From positions 6,045 to 70,044 of the forward strand of contig JAYRJB010000004.1 of the NCBI GenBank assembly GCA_041906505.1: a stretch of DNA of 64,000 bases, read 5' to 3'. This stretch comes from Candidatus Saccharimonadales bacterium. Its GTDB lineage: Bacteria > Patescibacteriota > Saccharimonadia > Saccharimonadales > 2-12-FULL-41-12. Positions 17,266 through 26,661 of this stretch are shown in pieces; the stretch's first letter is position 1, and each line of letters starts with the position of its first letter. Made by a program: the position numbers and the translations under genes. A model generated the notes under the pieces. It made no database searches. It was given only the letters and a program-made list of their open reading frames with translations, and was not told the DNA's origin.

Positions 17266-18567
17266 TTACGGGCAACCTGTGTAGGGTACCGTTATGGTTT
17301 CGTTGTATGTTTCTGTTATGTAGCCAGTCAGCTGCTGCCCAGACCACAACTCAAAACGGTTGTACCAGGCGTTACTTTCGTTAGGGTTTGAGGTGTTCAA
17401 CAGTGCATAACGAACGGTGACGGTCCCCCGTCCCGCGACACTTTGCTCTGTCGCATAATATTCGGTGGGAAAACCAGATTTATTGTTGCCAATGGCGTAG
17501 CGAGGCTTCGGTGGGCCTTGGGTAGGAGTCTGTGGCCCAAATGGTCCCCAGCCAGGACCGGTGTGCTGCCACCAGTAGATCGTGGTGTACTGAGGAACGA
17601 GTCGCGTGCGAGTCACCGTCTCGTTTCTTGTCTTCGGAACCTCGCATTTGGGCCGGATAACAAAATTATGGTTTGTGGTACTTGCCAATAAGCCGGCACT
17701 CACGGGGGCCGGGTTTTGTGGGCAAGGCTCATAATATTGCGGCAACGAACCTATCTGCAGGCTATAGTTTCCTCTAGGTATAAGACCATCGAATGTCGCG
17801 GGAGCATTGGATGACGTTGCAATGCCAAGACCATTTATGCTCACCGAGACAGGGAAGGTGGGGTTGGTTGCGCCGCCTGCACTACACTGCGGGGTTGATT
17901 CATTCGGTCCAGGCAGAAGTTGCTGCACGCTGACGGTAATTTTTGGTGGAATGTCCCTACAGATTTCCCTGCCACCGGGACTGCCTTGACCGAACGGACA
18001 AGGATCGCAGTTGCCCACAGTGTTGAATTGTTGATTTGGTTGACAGCCGCCGACCGACAGTGGCGAGTTGTCTAGGGCTGCAATGGTGTCTGGGTAGATT
18101 CGATAAACCATGGTGGCCTCGTCTATGCCATCACCATTCACCTTTTCCCATCTGGTATGAGCCGTAAAGGTATTGCCCTCTCTTGAGACAAAAGTATAGT
18201 AAAAATCGCCGTTTTTACACTCGGCTGGATACGAAATAAAGTTTTCTTGCTGGGCGTCATCTGGTGGCCGTTTACCGGCGTCAAAGGCCTGGACCGTGAT
18301 CGCACCACCATCTGTTTTCATACAAAAAACCGACCCGCTCGTTGGTATGTCGTTCGAAACACTTGCAATAGAAGCGTATTGTTTTAGTTTTTCAATCTGG
18401 GTTTCGGTTATTTTGAACGATTCACCACGTTCTTGAGATTGACGAACCGCCAGCGAGCTTTTGTTGGCGAGGGTATACGACGCCCCCATGATAAAACTTA
18501 GCACTGTAATAGCAATCAAAACTTCGACAATGGTGTCGCCGCGGTGGTTTTTTAGGAGATTTTTCAT
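17266..18567 (-). CDS. large pilin-like protein (PilV-like N-terminus, Cys-rich globular domain)
   Basis: Start at MKNLLKNHRG|DTIVEVLIAITVLSFIMGASY, a prepilin-type hydrophobic helix with Glu at +5. Cys-rich segment GCQPNQQFNTVGNCDPCPFGQGSPGGREIC. ATGA overlap with the upstream pilin gene. Confidence 0.7.
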   Translation of the reverse strand: MKNLLKNHRGDTIVEVLIAITVLSFIMGASYTLANKSSLAVRQSQERGESFKITETQIEKLKQYASIASVSNDIPTSGSVFCMKTDGGAITVQAFDAGKRPPDDAQQENFISYPAECKNGDFYYTFVSREGNTFTAHTRWEKVNGDGIDEATMVYRIYPDTIAALDNSPLSVGGCQPNQQFNTVGNCDPCPFGQGSPGGREICRDIPPKITVSVQQLLPGPNESTPQCSAGGATNPTFPVSVSINGLGIATSSNAPATFDGLIPRGNYSLQIGSLPQYYEPCPQNPAPVSAGLLASTTNHNFVIRPKCEVPKTRNETVTRTRLVPQYTTIYWWQHTGPGWGPFGPQTPTQGPPKPRYAIGNNKSGFPTEYYATEQSVAGRGTVTVRYALLNTSNPNESNAWYNRFELWSGQQLTGYITETYNETITVPYTGCP

Positions 18568-19385
18568 GGGTTGCACCCCGCTGGCCAAGAATCAATGGTT
18601 CTTTCGACACTCAGCTGTTGGTTACCACCACCAATAGTCAATGACGCTTTGCGGCCACCACCCGACTCTTGAATGCACACCACTACGCCAGATCCGGCGG
18701 CGTTATTAATATTAGTCGTGACCTCAGTGGTATCTGCAAACCCTTTCGTTTGCATTTTTAGGGAGGTTCCATCTATCGGCCAGACCGAAACCCGAGAGGA
18801 ATTACCGCTAACGATGTTGCCCACTTGCGACTTTTTAGAGAAATCGGACACGATCACTAGTCCGCCAACCGATGAGCCACTGGAGGCATTAATGACTTTT
18901 GTGACCTCGACACTGGCCGTAAGCTGCCCCGTATCGAACAGGCCCGGTCGCCCCTTAACCCCCATAAGTACTGGTTTGGCCTGTTCGAGGGATTCTACGT
19001 CTTTGTTAGTAGTAGTCTGCCGATTGCCAACCATGGTATAGACATTGTAGGTGCTGGGTTCTCCTTGGGGTTCAAACTGCAAGGCTTTACCCACAAACAC
19101 GCAATCTTGGTTTGCGCCTTGCTCTTTTGTGCTTGATGTCGAAAACATTGGACCGTTTTGTCCACCGCCACATGAATAGCCCGTGGTATACGGATAAAAC
19201 CCGGTCGAAACATCGTTGAGAACGTCTTGCAGCTTGACCTGCATGGCATCTACCGACTGGGTAAACTGGTTTCGTCTATTCTGCTGCGTCATTGCAATAA
19301 TTACCGTCCCAAACAGCGAGGCGCTTATTATGAGGAACATCATCGTTTCTATTATTGTGTACCCGTTGGCGTTACGCCGTATCAT
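18564..19385 (-). CDS. pilin-like protein (minor pilin)
   Basis: Start at MIRRNANG|YTIIETMMFLIISASLFGTVIIAM, a prepilin leader with Glu at +5. The upstream 35 codons of the ORF track are unlikely to be coding. Confidence 0.7.
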   Translation of the reverse strand: MIRRNANGYTIIETMMFLIISASLFGTVIIAMTQQNRRNQFTQSVDAMQVKLQDVLNDVSTGFYPYTTGYSCGGGQNGPMFSTSSTKEQGANQDCVFVGKALQFEPQGEPSTYNVYTMVGNRQTTTNKDVESLEQAKPVLMGVKGRPGLFDTGQLTASVEVTKVINASSGSSVGGLVIVSDFSKKSQVGNIVSGNSSRVSVWPIDGTSLKMQTKGFADTTEVTTNINNAAGSGVVVCIQESGGGRKASLTIGGGNQQLSVERTIDSWPAGCNP

Positions 19386-19428
19386 GGGCAAATTATAGCA
19401 TAAGCACTCGTATCCAGCTTCTGGGTAA

Positions 19429-20262
19429 TCAACCAATAAATGTGTCGATGTACCACTGGGTAATTTTCTCTCCCCAGAGCTGGACCACAAAAGCTCCTAT
19501 TATTAGGAACGGGCCGAACGGGATTTTGGTGCCCCGATGTGCCCGTTTGCTGAGCAACAGTGGTAGTGAGATCAGCGAGCCAAGCAGCGACGCAAAAAAC
19601 AATACCAACAGGGCAGGCTCGGGACCGCCCACGACCGCCCCCAGCAAAAACCCCAGTTTTACGTCACCTCCACCAATCCATTTCGCGTTCGACAGCTGAA
19701 AAAGGAGGTAAAAGAGGCCACCACCAATCAAAACCCCAACCAGGGCTCTCACAAGCGGTTCTAGGGACTGTTGGGAAAGTATTTGGACCACAATCATGGC
19801 CAGCGCAACCCAATACAGCGAAAATACCACCTTGTTTGGCAGTATCATCCAGCGTAGGTCATAGATAACGAGCGCTGCCAGTCCGACCAACATCACCAGC
19901 CAAAGGCCAAAATACAAGCTGCCGTAGACGTCGAGCTCGAGCGGCCAAAATACATATGACGCAACAAACGCCAAAGCAGTCGTCGCTTCGACCACTGGAT
20001 ACTGCCACGAGATGGCCTGCGAGCAATATCGGCATTTACCCCTCAGAATAATCCAACTTAGGAGCGGAATGAGGTCAGAAACAGCCAGTTCGTGCTGACA
20101 GTTTGGACACATCGACCGGCCGCGGGCGATAGAATAGCGCGAGTTTTTCTTGGCGTTTTTTGCCGTTGATTGGGATTGCATATGGAGCCGCCAGACCAGC
20201 GCGTTCACAAAACTCCCTAGGCACAAACCAAGCAACACCAGCGCAACAATAATCATTAGCAA
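19429..20262 (-). CDS. pilD: prepilin peptidase (A24 family)
   Basis: Zn-binding CPNCQHEL...GKCRYC, catalytic Asp contexts VIYDLRWMILPN and IGGGDVKLGF, and multiple TM helices. Confidence 0.9.
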   Translation of the reverse strand: MLMIIVALVLLGLCLGSFVNALVWRLHMQSQSTAKNAKKNSRYSIARGRSMCPNCQHELAVSDLIPLLSWIILRGKCRYCSQAISWQYPVVEATTALAFVASYVFWPLELDVYGSLYFGLWLVMLVGLAALVIYDLRWMILPNKVVFSLYWVALAMIVVQILSQQSLEPLVRALVGVLIGGGLFYLLFQLSNAKWIGGGDVKLGFLLGAVVGGPEPALLVLFFASLLGSLISLPLLLSKRAHRGTKIPFGPFLIIGAFVVQLWGEKITQWYIDTFIG

Positions 20263-20284
20263 TAATCATAGCACGACCAAATAA

Positions 20285-20309
20285 AAACGGGGCCACCTGG
20301 ACCCCGTTT
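20285..20309 (-). terminator. rho-independent terminator/attenuator after pilA
   Basis: The minus strand reads AAACGGGG-N9-CCCCGTTT followed by TTATTTGG, giving the run CCCCGTTTTTATTTGG, 17 nt after the pilA stop and before pilD. Confidence 0.7.
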
Positions 20310-20326
20310 AATTCACAGTTGAACTA

Positions 20327-20788
20327 TTAGCCTTCTTGGCAAGCAGCGATCGGTCCGCCCGAATCCTCAATTTGATACAAAAGTGCAACCTGTCTCAGTG
20401 TCCCCCCGGTCGTAAGATCGTCCGTGAGCGCGCCTGTGGGTGAAGTACACTTTGCTCCAAGCTTGAGTACTGCTTGCGTGGAGCTTGGGCTTGACGACTG
20501 ACTTTCGTTCTCAATAACAAGTGTCGTTATGTTTGTTAGCTTCGCGTTCGAAATCACCTTCGCTGAATCAGTACTTGCTGGTAGCTTCCCGTTGTTGTTG
20601 TTCGTAAACTCGCTGACCGCTCCCAAAATACTTGCCGCCTCATTCTTTGATTGGGTGTTTCGGCTGTTTCTCTGAAGTGCTGGTACCGCCAAGAAGACGA
20701 TCAAAAGAATCAGTCCCGCGATAGCCAATACTATCAAGACCTCGATAATCGTAAATCCTCGGTTATTTTTCTTTAAGCTATTTGTCAT
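20327..20788 (-). CDS. pilA: type IV major pilin
   Basis: MTNSLKKNNRG|FTIIEVLIVLAIAGLILLIVFLAVPALQRN, a class III signal peptide. GGGGG Shine-Dalgarno-like run about 10 nt upstream of this ATG; the ORF track opens 9 nt further upstream. C-terminal Cys pair (C116, C153). Confidence 0.88.
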   Translation of the reverse strand: MTNSLKKNNRGFTIIEVLIVLAIAGLILLIVFLAVPALQRNSRNTQSKNEAASILGAVSEFTNNNNGKLPASTDSAKVISNAKLTNITTLVIENESQSSSPSSTQAVLKLGAKCTSPTGALTDDLTTGGTLRQVALLYQIEDSGGPIAACQEG

Positions 20789-20834
20789 TTTGCCCATTCC
20801 CCCTTTTGGTGGTGTTGTTTAAGCTTATGGTTAG

Positions 20835-20863
20835 AATATAGTCTAGTCGACCCCTCATTGCAA
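20835..20863 (-). promoter_or_regulatory. sigma70-like promoter for pilA
   Basis: The minus strand reads TTGCAA-17 nt-TATATT, just after the pilC stop and about 45 nt upstream of the pilA start. Confidence 0.5.
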
Positions 20864-20867
20864 CCCC

Positions 20868-22088
20868 TTACTTGATAAGATCCTTGCCCGCCAGACCATA
20901 AATTGGCAGCAGCACGGCCGCTACAATAATAAACGCCACAACGCCCAGTATTACCATCAAAAGCGGCTCGATGATGGTCGAGATGGTCTTTACTTGGTTG
21001 TCGACCTCTTTTTCGTAGTAGTCGGCGGTTTTTTCGAGCATATCCTCGAGCGATCCAGATTCTTCACCTATCCGAAGCATATTTGGCACCAACGGCAAGA
21101 AATTTGGGTCGCCCTCTAAAGAATCGGCCAGCGACTTTCCGCCTTTGACTTTTTCGATGGCCCGACCAATAGAACGCTCGACATGCACATTGTTTATCGA
21201 CTGAGCCACCACCTCGAGCATCTGGATAAGCGGCACACCGCTCGCAACCAGCGTAGTGCCCGTTCTGGCGAATCTGGCCATGTAAAGCTTCATAAACAAC
21301 GGACCAATCGGCCAGCCAGTCATCTTAAATCTGTCAATTACATCCCTTCCCCCCGGGGTCCTGGCATATCTGGTCGTCGTAAAGCCCGCCAAACCAAGCA
21401 AAATAAGTACCAGCCACCAAAACTTGGTTACAAAATGCGAAACCGCCAACAGGGCTTTTGTAACCAGTGGCAAGGACGCGCCCGGCAAGTCGTTGTAGAT
21501 AACTTCCACTTGCGGCAGCACTTTGACGATCATAAAGCCAACCACCGCGATCATGACAAAAATGACCACCGCCGGGTAAACCATCGCGCCGCGAACTTTC
21601 GACAGAATTTCGGCATCTTTTTCTTGTTGATCGGCAATCCGAATAAGGGCTTTGTCCAGTGTGCCAGACACCTCACCAGCCGCAATTAGACTGACGTAGA
21701 CATTGTTAAATATTCGGGGGTGTTTTTTGAGTGCCTCGGAAAAGGATGACCCGCCCTCTATATCAGTTATGATTTGATTAATAACTACGCGAAACGACTT
21801 ATTTGTGGTCTGATCGTTGACATTTCGGAGGCTTTGCACGAGCGGCAAACCAGCATTAATCAATGTCGACATTTGGCGCGAAAAGATGATTTTGTCTTTG
21901 GCGGTAATGCGATTGCGCAGTTTTGCGATCGGCGAAGAGCCACCCACATCAACCAGCTTTATCTCGAGCGGTGCCAGACCTTCGGCTTGAATAAGTTTGG
22001 CAGCCGCACCTTCATTGTCAGCCTGCAGCGTGGCTTTGACCTTTTGGCCGCTGGCTGGATCTCGGGCAGTATAGGCGTAACTTAGCAT
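20868..22088 (-). CDS. pilC: type IV pilus platform protein (GspF/PilC family)
   Basis: 406 aa. Two T2SSF repeats (FSRQMSTLINAGLPLVQSL and FARTGTTLVASGVPLIQML) and three TM segments. Confidence 0.9.
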   Translation of the reverse strand: MLSYAYTARDPASGQKVKATLQADNEGAAAKLIQAEGLAPLEIKLVDVGGSSPIAKLRNRITAKDKIIFSRQMSTLINAGLPLVQSLRNVNDQTTNKSFRVVINQIITDIEGGSSFSEALKKHPRIFNNVYVSLIAAGEVSGTLDKALIRIADQQEKDAEILSKVRGAMVYPAVVIFVMIAVVGFMIVKVLPQVEVIYNDLPGASLPLVTKALLAVSHFVTKFWWLVLILLGLAGFTTTRYARTPGGRDVIDRFKMTGWPIGPLFMKLYMARFARTGTTLVASGVPLIQMLEVVAQSINNVHVERSIGRAIEKVKGGKSLADSLEGDPNFLPLVPNMLRIGEESGSLEDMLEKTADYYEKEVDNQVKTISTIIEPLLMVILGVVAFIIVAAVLLPIYGLAGKDLIK

Positions 22089-22095
22089 GAATCCG

Positions 22096-23169
22096 TTAAC
22101 CCCTCATTAACCTATCGAGTTCGTCCAAATCAACCGCAACTTGACGGGCTTCGTCGTAGGTAATCGACCCATTGTGTATGAGGCTAACTAGTGTTTTATC
22201 CATAGACTGCATCCCGTGTTCGCCACCAGTTTGTATCACCGCGTCGAGTTGGTGGCTCTTGCCCTCACGAATAATGTTGCGCACCGCCGGCGTGGCTACC
22301 AGAATTTCAGCTGAAGCGATTCGGCCACCACCAATTGTTGGCACTAGTCGCTGCGAACAAATTGCCATCAGAATATTGCTTAACTGGGCCCGAATCTGGG
22401 GTTGTTGATGCGGCGGAAACACGTCTATCATTCGGTCGATACTCTGTGCGGCGCTGTTGGTGTGCAGTGTCGCAAAAACCAAGTGCCCGGTTTCGGCAAT
22501 CGTAATCGCCGCCGCAATGGTTTCCAGATCTCGCATCTCGCCAATCAAAACCACGTCTGGATCTTGACGCAAGCTCGAACGGAGAGCTGCCGAAAAAGAA
22601 TAGGTGTCGTAGTGAACTTCCCTTTGGACGATGACCGACTTATTGCTCTTGTGGGTAAATTCTATTGGGTCTTCGATGGTGACAATGTGCGAGGCGCGCT
22701 CGGCGTTAATTTTGTGAATCAAGGCCGCCAGCGTCGTAGATTTACCAGATCCAGTTGGACCAGTCACCAGCACCAATCCCCGTGGATAATCAGCAAATTT
22801 TTCGACGATTTTTGGCAGTCCCAGCTGTTCGATGGTCAAAATTTCGTTGGGAATAAGTCGAAGCGCGGCGGCCAGATTACCCCGTTCATGAAAGGCATTT
22901 ACTCGAAAACGGCCGAGGTCTCCAAACGCAAAACTAAAGTCAAATTCTTTGTCCTTGAGCAGTATCTGCTTCTGCTCGTCGTCGAGAATTGCAAAGATGA
23001 GCGTTTCGACATTTTGCTCGTTTAACACCGGTGACCCGGTTACTGGACGTAGTGCTCCGTCGACTCGAAGCATCGGCGGCAAGGCAACTTGCAAGTGAAG
23101 GTCGGACGCCTTGGTTTTTACTACCTCTTCGAGAAGTAGTTCTATTTTGAGCTGTGTTTGTTGTGCCAT
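22096..23169 (-). CDS. pilT: twitching-motility retraction ATPase
   Basis: 357 aa. ASDLHL, Walker A GPTGSGKSTT, VLIGEMRDLETI, GHLVFATLHTNSA. Confidence 0.9.
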   Translation of the reverse strand: MAQQTQLKIELLLEEVVKTKASDLHLQVALPPMLRVDGALRPVTGSPVLNEQNVETLIFAILDDEQKQILLKDKEFDFSFAFGDLGRFRVNAFHERGNLAAALRLIPNEILTIEQLGLPKIVEKFADYPRGLVLVTGPTGSGKSTTLAALIHKINAERASHIVTIEDPIEFTHKSNKSVIVQREVHYDTYSFSAALRSSLRQDPDVVLIGEMRDLETIAAAITIAETGHLVFATLHTNSAAQSIDRMIDVFPPHQQPQIRAQLSNILMAICSQRLVPTIGGGRIASAEILVATPAVRNIIREGKSHQLDAVIQTGGEHGMQSMDKTLVSLIHNGSITYDEARQVAVDLDELDRLMRG

Positions 23170-23195
23170 ATCCCACCTATCCTTTTCTACTGCTT

Positions 23196-24998
23196 TTAAG
23201 CGCTGTCCGATGCGGCGACTCGATTTACCTCTGCAACCGTGGTATATCCGGCAAGTGCTTTGAGATAACCATCTTCGCGCATATTGATCATGCCTCTTCG
23301 CTGGGCTTCGGTTTGGATCTCGCTACTGGTTGCTCGTTTGAGTCTTAGCTGCTGAATTGCTTCGTCAACCTCAAACACTTCGTAGAGCCCCATACGCCCC
23401 TTGTACCCCCCTGGAGTTTCGGGTCCATCTTTGCCCTTGTACAAAGTATAAGCATTTTGGTTCGCCAGTGGCAAGCTTTCGTACCCGAGATCGTCCGAAA
23501 CTGCCTTTCTCTGAGCCTCCTCTTTTGGCAATAGCTGGCCAACCGTGCTGACAATCGCTTGCTGCTCGGCCGCAGACGATTGATAGGTTTCTTTGGTCGT
23601 ATCGGCAATTCGGCGCACCAAGCGCTGGCCGATAACGGTACGAACCGTCGAGGCAATCAAAAATGGCTCAATGCCCATGTCGAGCAATCTGGGCAAAATA
23701 CCGGCCGCACTGTTGGTGTGAAGTGTGCTAAACACTAGATGTCCCGTCAGCGCCGCCTGCACTGCCAGTGTGGCGGTCTCTTTGTCACGAATTTCGCCGA
23801 CCATAACGACGTCCGGGTCTTGGCGCAAGATCGAGCGCAGTCCAGAGGCAAACGTCAATCCCACTTCGGCATTTACTTGGATCTGGTTAATGCCTTCCAT
23901 CTTGTATTCGACAGGATCCTCGAGCGTCACAATGTTTATGGCTTCGTTTTTTATTTCCTGGATAAGCGCATACAGCGAGGTCGATTTACCAGACCCTGTT
24001 GGCCCGGAAGTTAGAATCATGCCATTCGGGTTTTCTATGCCCTTTCGGATGGTTCGAAGCGCCCGGCCATGATAGCCCATGTCCTCGAGTTTTAAGCTGG
24101 TTCCTGTCTTATCAAGCAGTCGAATCACGACTTGTTCGCCCCACACCACCGGAGATATGGCAATACGAAGATCAATTGCTTTGTCGCCCACCAACACCGT
24201 AAACTGACCATCTTGTGGAATGCGATGCTCATCTATCTTTAGGTTGCTCAAAATTTTTATTCGGGAAATAAGCGGCGGTTCGGTGGATTTAGGAAGCTTC
24301 ATTATTTCGCGCAGCACGCCATCAATCCGGCAGCGAATTTTGAGTTCCTTTTCGAGTGGCTCAATGTGCACATCGCTCGCCCGACTATTGGCCGCATATT
24401 CTAAAATTGCCGACAAGGCCTTACTGATCGGCGAGTCTTGGACAATAGTTTTGATGCTCGAATTTGACTTAAGAAGCTCGGCAGCAGCATCGGCTTTTTG
24501 CTCGGCAGGCGTTCCAGGATGCGATTGAATAGCCCTTGTGACATCGGCTTCGACATCTTCGTCATACTGCTTTAGGATCCTGCGAATACCCTCTTCGCTG
24601 GCGGTATAGACCTTGAGCGGACGGCCAATTCGATTCGCCAAAAAATCTACCGCCTGCACATTGTCAGCATCCAACATCGCCACCACTAATCGGCTTTTGA
24701 TTTGGCCAATTGGCACCGCCATATAATGTTCGGCGATGTCTTTCGGCAGCAGTCGAAGCACCTCTTTTTCGATGCGGGCGTCGGTGAGGTTGACGTAAGG
24801 AACCTTGTTTACCTTGGCAATTGTTTTGGTAAGCACCTCGTTGGAAATATTTCCATCGCTCGCCAAGAGTGACAGCAATGGTTCGGTGCTTGACTTGGCT
24901 TTTTCGCGAATTTGTTCGAGTTTATCGAGCGCAATAACCCCATCAGCGACAAGGGTTTTTTCGACAAGCTTTTGGTTTTCTGTAGAAAGTACCGACAC
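23196..24998 (-). CDS. pilB: type IV pilus assembly ATPase (GspE/PilB family)
   Basis: 600 aa. N-terminal GSPII-type domain, ASDVHIEP, Walker A GPTGSGKSTS, VMVGEIRDKETA, GHLVFSTLHTNSAA. Confidence 0.9.
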   Translation of the reverse strand: MSVLSTENQKLVEKTLVADGVIALDKLEQIREKAKSSTEPLLSLLASDGNISNEVLTKTIAKVNKVPYVNLTDARIEKEVLRLLPKDIAEHYMAVPIGQIKSRLVVAMLDADNVQAVDFLANRIGRPLKVYTASEEGIRRILKQYDEDVEADVTRAIQSHPGTPAEQKADAAAELLKSNSSIKTIVQDSPISKALSAILEYAANSRASDVHIEPLEKELKIRCRIDGVLREIMKLPKSTEPPLISRIKILSNLKIDEHRIPQDGQFTVLVGDKAIDLRIAISPVVWGEQVVIRLLDKTGTSLKLEDMGYHGRALRTIRKGIENPNGMILTSGPTGSGKSTSLYALIQEIKNEAINIVTLEDPVEYKMEGINQIQVNAEVGLTFASGLRSILRQDPDVVMVGEIRDKETATLAVQAALTGHLVFSTLHTNSAAGILPRLLDMGIEPFLIASTVRTVIGQRLVRRIADTTKETYQSSAAEQQAIVSTVGQLLPKEEAQRKAVSDDLGYESLPLANQNAYTLYKGKDGPETPGGYKGRMGLYEVFEVDEAIQQLRLKRATSSEIQTEAQRRGMINMREDGYLKALAGYTTVAEVNRVAASDSA

Positions 24999-25013
24999 TC
25001 CAGCTTACCTCAG

Positions 25014-25250
25014 CTAGAGCGGTTTTTGGTTATTGTTATCGCCAATTTGAATCAACTGTGTCGGATTAATCGCGTTTTGGTTAAACACTTTCGGATCTGG
25101 TTTCTGGAAATCAGAAGTTATCGCGCTCACCGTTTCGGCCTTCTGTTCTTTGCCCTTTTTCCCCACAAATAAGGTGCTGGTAATGAGGATAGAGATAACG
25201 CCGGCAAACACCGCGACGACAATAATAACTGCAACATCTTTTCGTTTCAT
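25014..25250 (-). CDS. small single-pass membrane protein of the pilus operon
   Basis: 78 aa. TM helix VAVIIVVAVFAGVISILITSTLFV. 4-nt overlap with the pilO-like stop. No identifiable family. Confidence 0.5.
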   Translation of the reverse strand: MKRKDVAVIIVVAVFAGVISILITSTLFVGKKGKEQKAETVSAITSDFQKPDPKVFNQNAINPTQLIQIGDNNNQKPL

Positions 25251-25921
25251 CTTTTTACCGTCTCCGTCTTTACGTCAAACTTCTTTTCTGGCTGGTAAAA
25301 GGTCTTGGCGTCAACCGTTACTTTTAACGAAGAGCCGCCGCCATTTATGACAATTTTTTGGACTTGCATTGGGCGAATCGAGCGCTCAAACAGTTGCATC
25401 AGCGACTTGGTCGCAGACCCAGAAGTGTTTACCGTCACCGAAAATGGCATTTCGACCGGGCTTGGTGACACCGAAGACTGGTTGGAGGCTTGGGCAACTT
25501 CGTCATCGACTCCAGTAATCGTCTCCAGCGAGAATTGATTGTCTTTCAGCAGCTTTTCTAGGCTGGTCGCCAGGGCTGGAAAGTCATACTTGCTCGGCAA
25601 TGCGTCGAGAATAATTCGTGGGTTTTCGCCATCTCGTGGTCCGTTACCCTTTGGGTTCCCGCCCAAAACATTGGTCGTTTCGCCCGCAAAGGCTTGATAA
25701 GAACTGTCAAGTTTTTGCACTTCTTCCAAATTTTTATTGGTTTGCTTCAGCGCAATTTTCTTTTTGCCAATCACTTTTGCCTGGTATGACCTCTGTTCCA
25801 TCAACGCCTTTCCCGCAACCAGCGAAAAGATCACCACAAACACCGCCAAGCTGACCGCCAGTAAGATGGTAGCCTGCGCTTTATCTATTTCGAGTCGTTT
25901 GGTTGATGGAGGAAGTGCCAT
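25247..25921 (-). CDS. PilO-like pilus alignment protein
   Basis: 224 aa. N-terminal TM helix ILLAVSLAVFVVIFSLVAG, a coiled-coil region, then a ferredoxin-like C-terminus. Position after pilN. Confidence 0.55.
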   Translation of the reverse strand: MALPPSTKRLEIDKAQATILLAVSLAVFVVIFSLVAGKALMEQRSYQAKVIGKKKIALKQTNKNLEEVQKLDSSYQAFAGETTNVLGGNPKGNGPRDGENPRIILDALPSKYDFPALATSLEKLLKDNQFSLETITGVDDEVAQASNQSSVSPSPVEMPFSVTVNTSGSATKSLMQLFERSIRPMQVQKIVINGGGSSLKVTVDAKTFYQPEKKFDVKTETVKR

Positions 25922-25922
25922 A

Positions 25923-26660
25923 TTATTGCCCCTGTCCTGGTACGTTTTGCGTTTGTGGACTAAATAGTGCCGCTGGTTTTTCGGTCTCAGATCGAGTCGA
26001 GATGATATTTGGAACCGTTAACGTCACTGGTTGTTTTCCGTTGGGGACATCGCCCTTCACATTTTGGAAGATAACCGGATCAAAGCTAAATTTGAGGCTA
26101 TAGGTCGCCTTGCCGCCTTGGCCAGCACCGGCCGCTTTCTCTACCGAAAAACTGTCGAGCACCACGTTGCTAAAGGCTTTTCCGGTTTTTTCATCGCCGG
26201 CGTTCACCTTGTAGTCAGTAAATTTGAGCGTATCAACAAATTTGTTCACTGTTCCGAGATTATCGGCTTCGCCCTGCAGCTCGATGGTGTTGGCAGCAAA
26301 GTCGACAGAAATAGTCGTGATCGTCGACTGGTTTGGCACCAACTGCGTCAAATAATCAAGCAGTCGAGAGCTCACCACCTTCTGGTCGTGCAACGCCGGC
26401 AAGCTAGAGAGCTGATTTTGAATAGTCAAAATCTTGTCCAGGTCTTCTTTTGACTGGATTTTCTTCACATTGGTGTTGATGTCCTTGGTAAGGTCGCTAA
26501 TATACTTGGCTTGGTTGACCTTTACAAACAAGAAAAGTAACAAAAAGAGGCCAAAAAACACCGCCGAAACCACAATCGACGTCCCAATAATCAAACGCTT
26601 GCGATTCCGCGCTTTTACATATTCGAGTTTTACATCTGGCAGGAGGTTAAATTGGATCAT
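25923..26660 (-). CDS. pilN: PilN-like pilus alignment protein
   Basis: Start at MIQFNLLPDVK (PilN INLLP signature), 2 nt after the pilM stop. TM helix IIGTSIVVSAVFFGLFLLLFLFV. Confidence 0.7.
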   Translation of the reverse strand: MIQFNLLPDVKLEYVKARNRKRLIIGTSIVVSAVFFGLFLLLFLFVKVNQAKYISDLTKDINTNVKKIQSKEDLDKILTIQNQLSSLPALHDQKVVSSRLLDYLTQLVPNQSTITTISVDFAANTIELQGEADNLGTVNKFVDTLKFTDYKVNAGDEKTGKAFSNVVLDSFSVEKAAGAGQGGKATYSLKFSFDPVIFQNVKGDVPNGKQPVTLTVPNIISTRSETEKPAALFSPQTQNVPGQGQ

Positions 26661-26661
26661 G

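Noticed and set aside
22402-23025. 207-aa plus-strand ORF. Similar long antisense ORFs occur at 21183-21689, 30165-30686, 43531-44226 and 47118-47561.
   Set aside because: They are antisense to well-supported genes (pilT, pilC, the 1216-aa gene, ftsK, rnj). Their Arg/Ser/Pro-rich translations are typical of reverse-frame artefacts.
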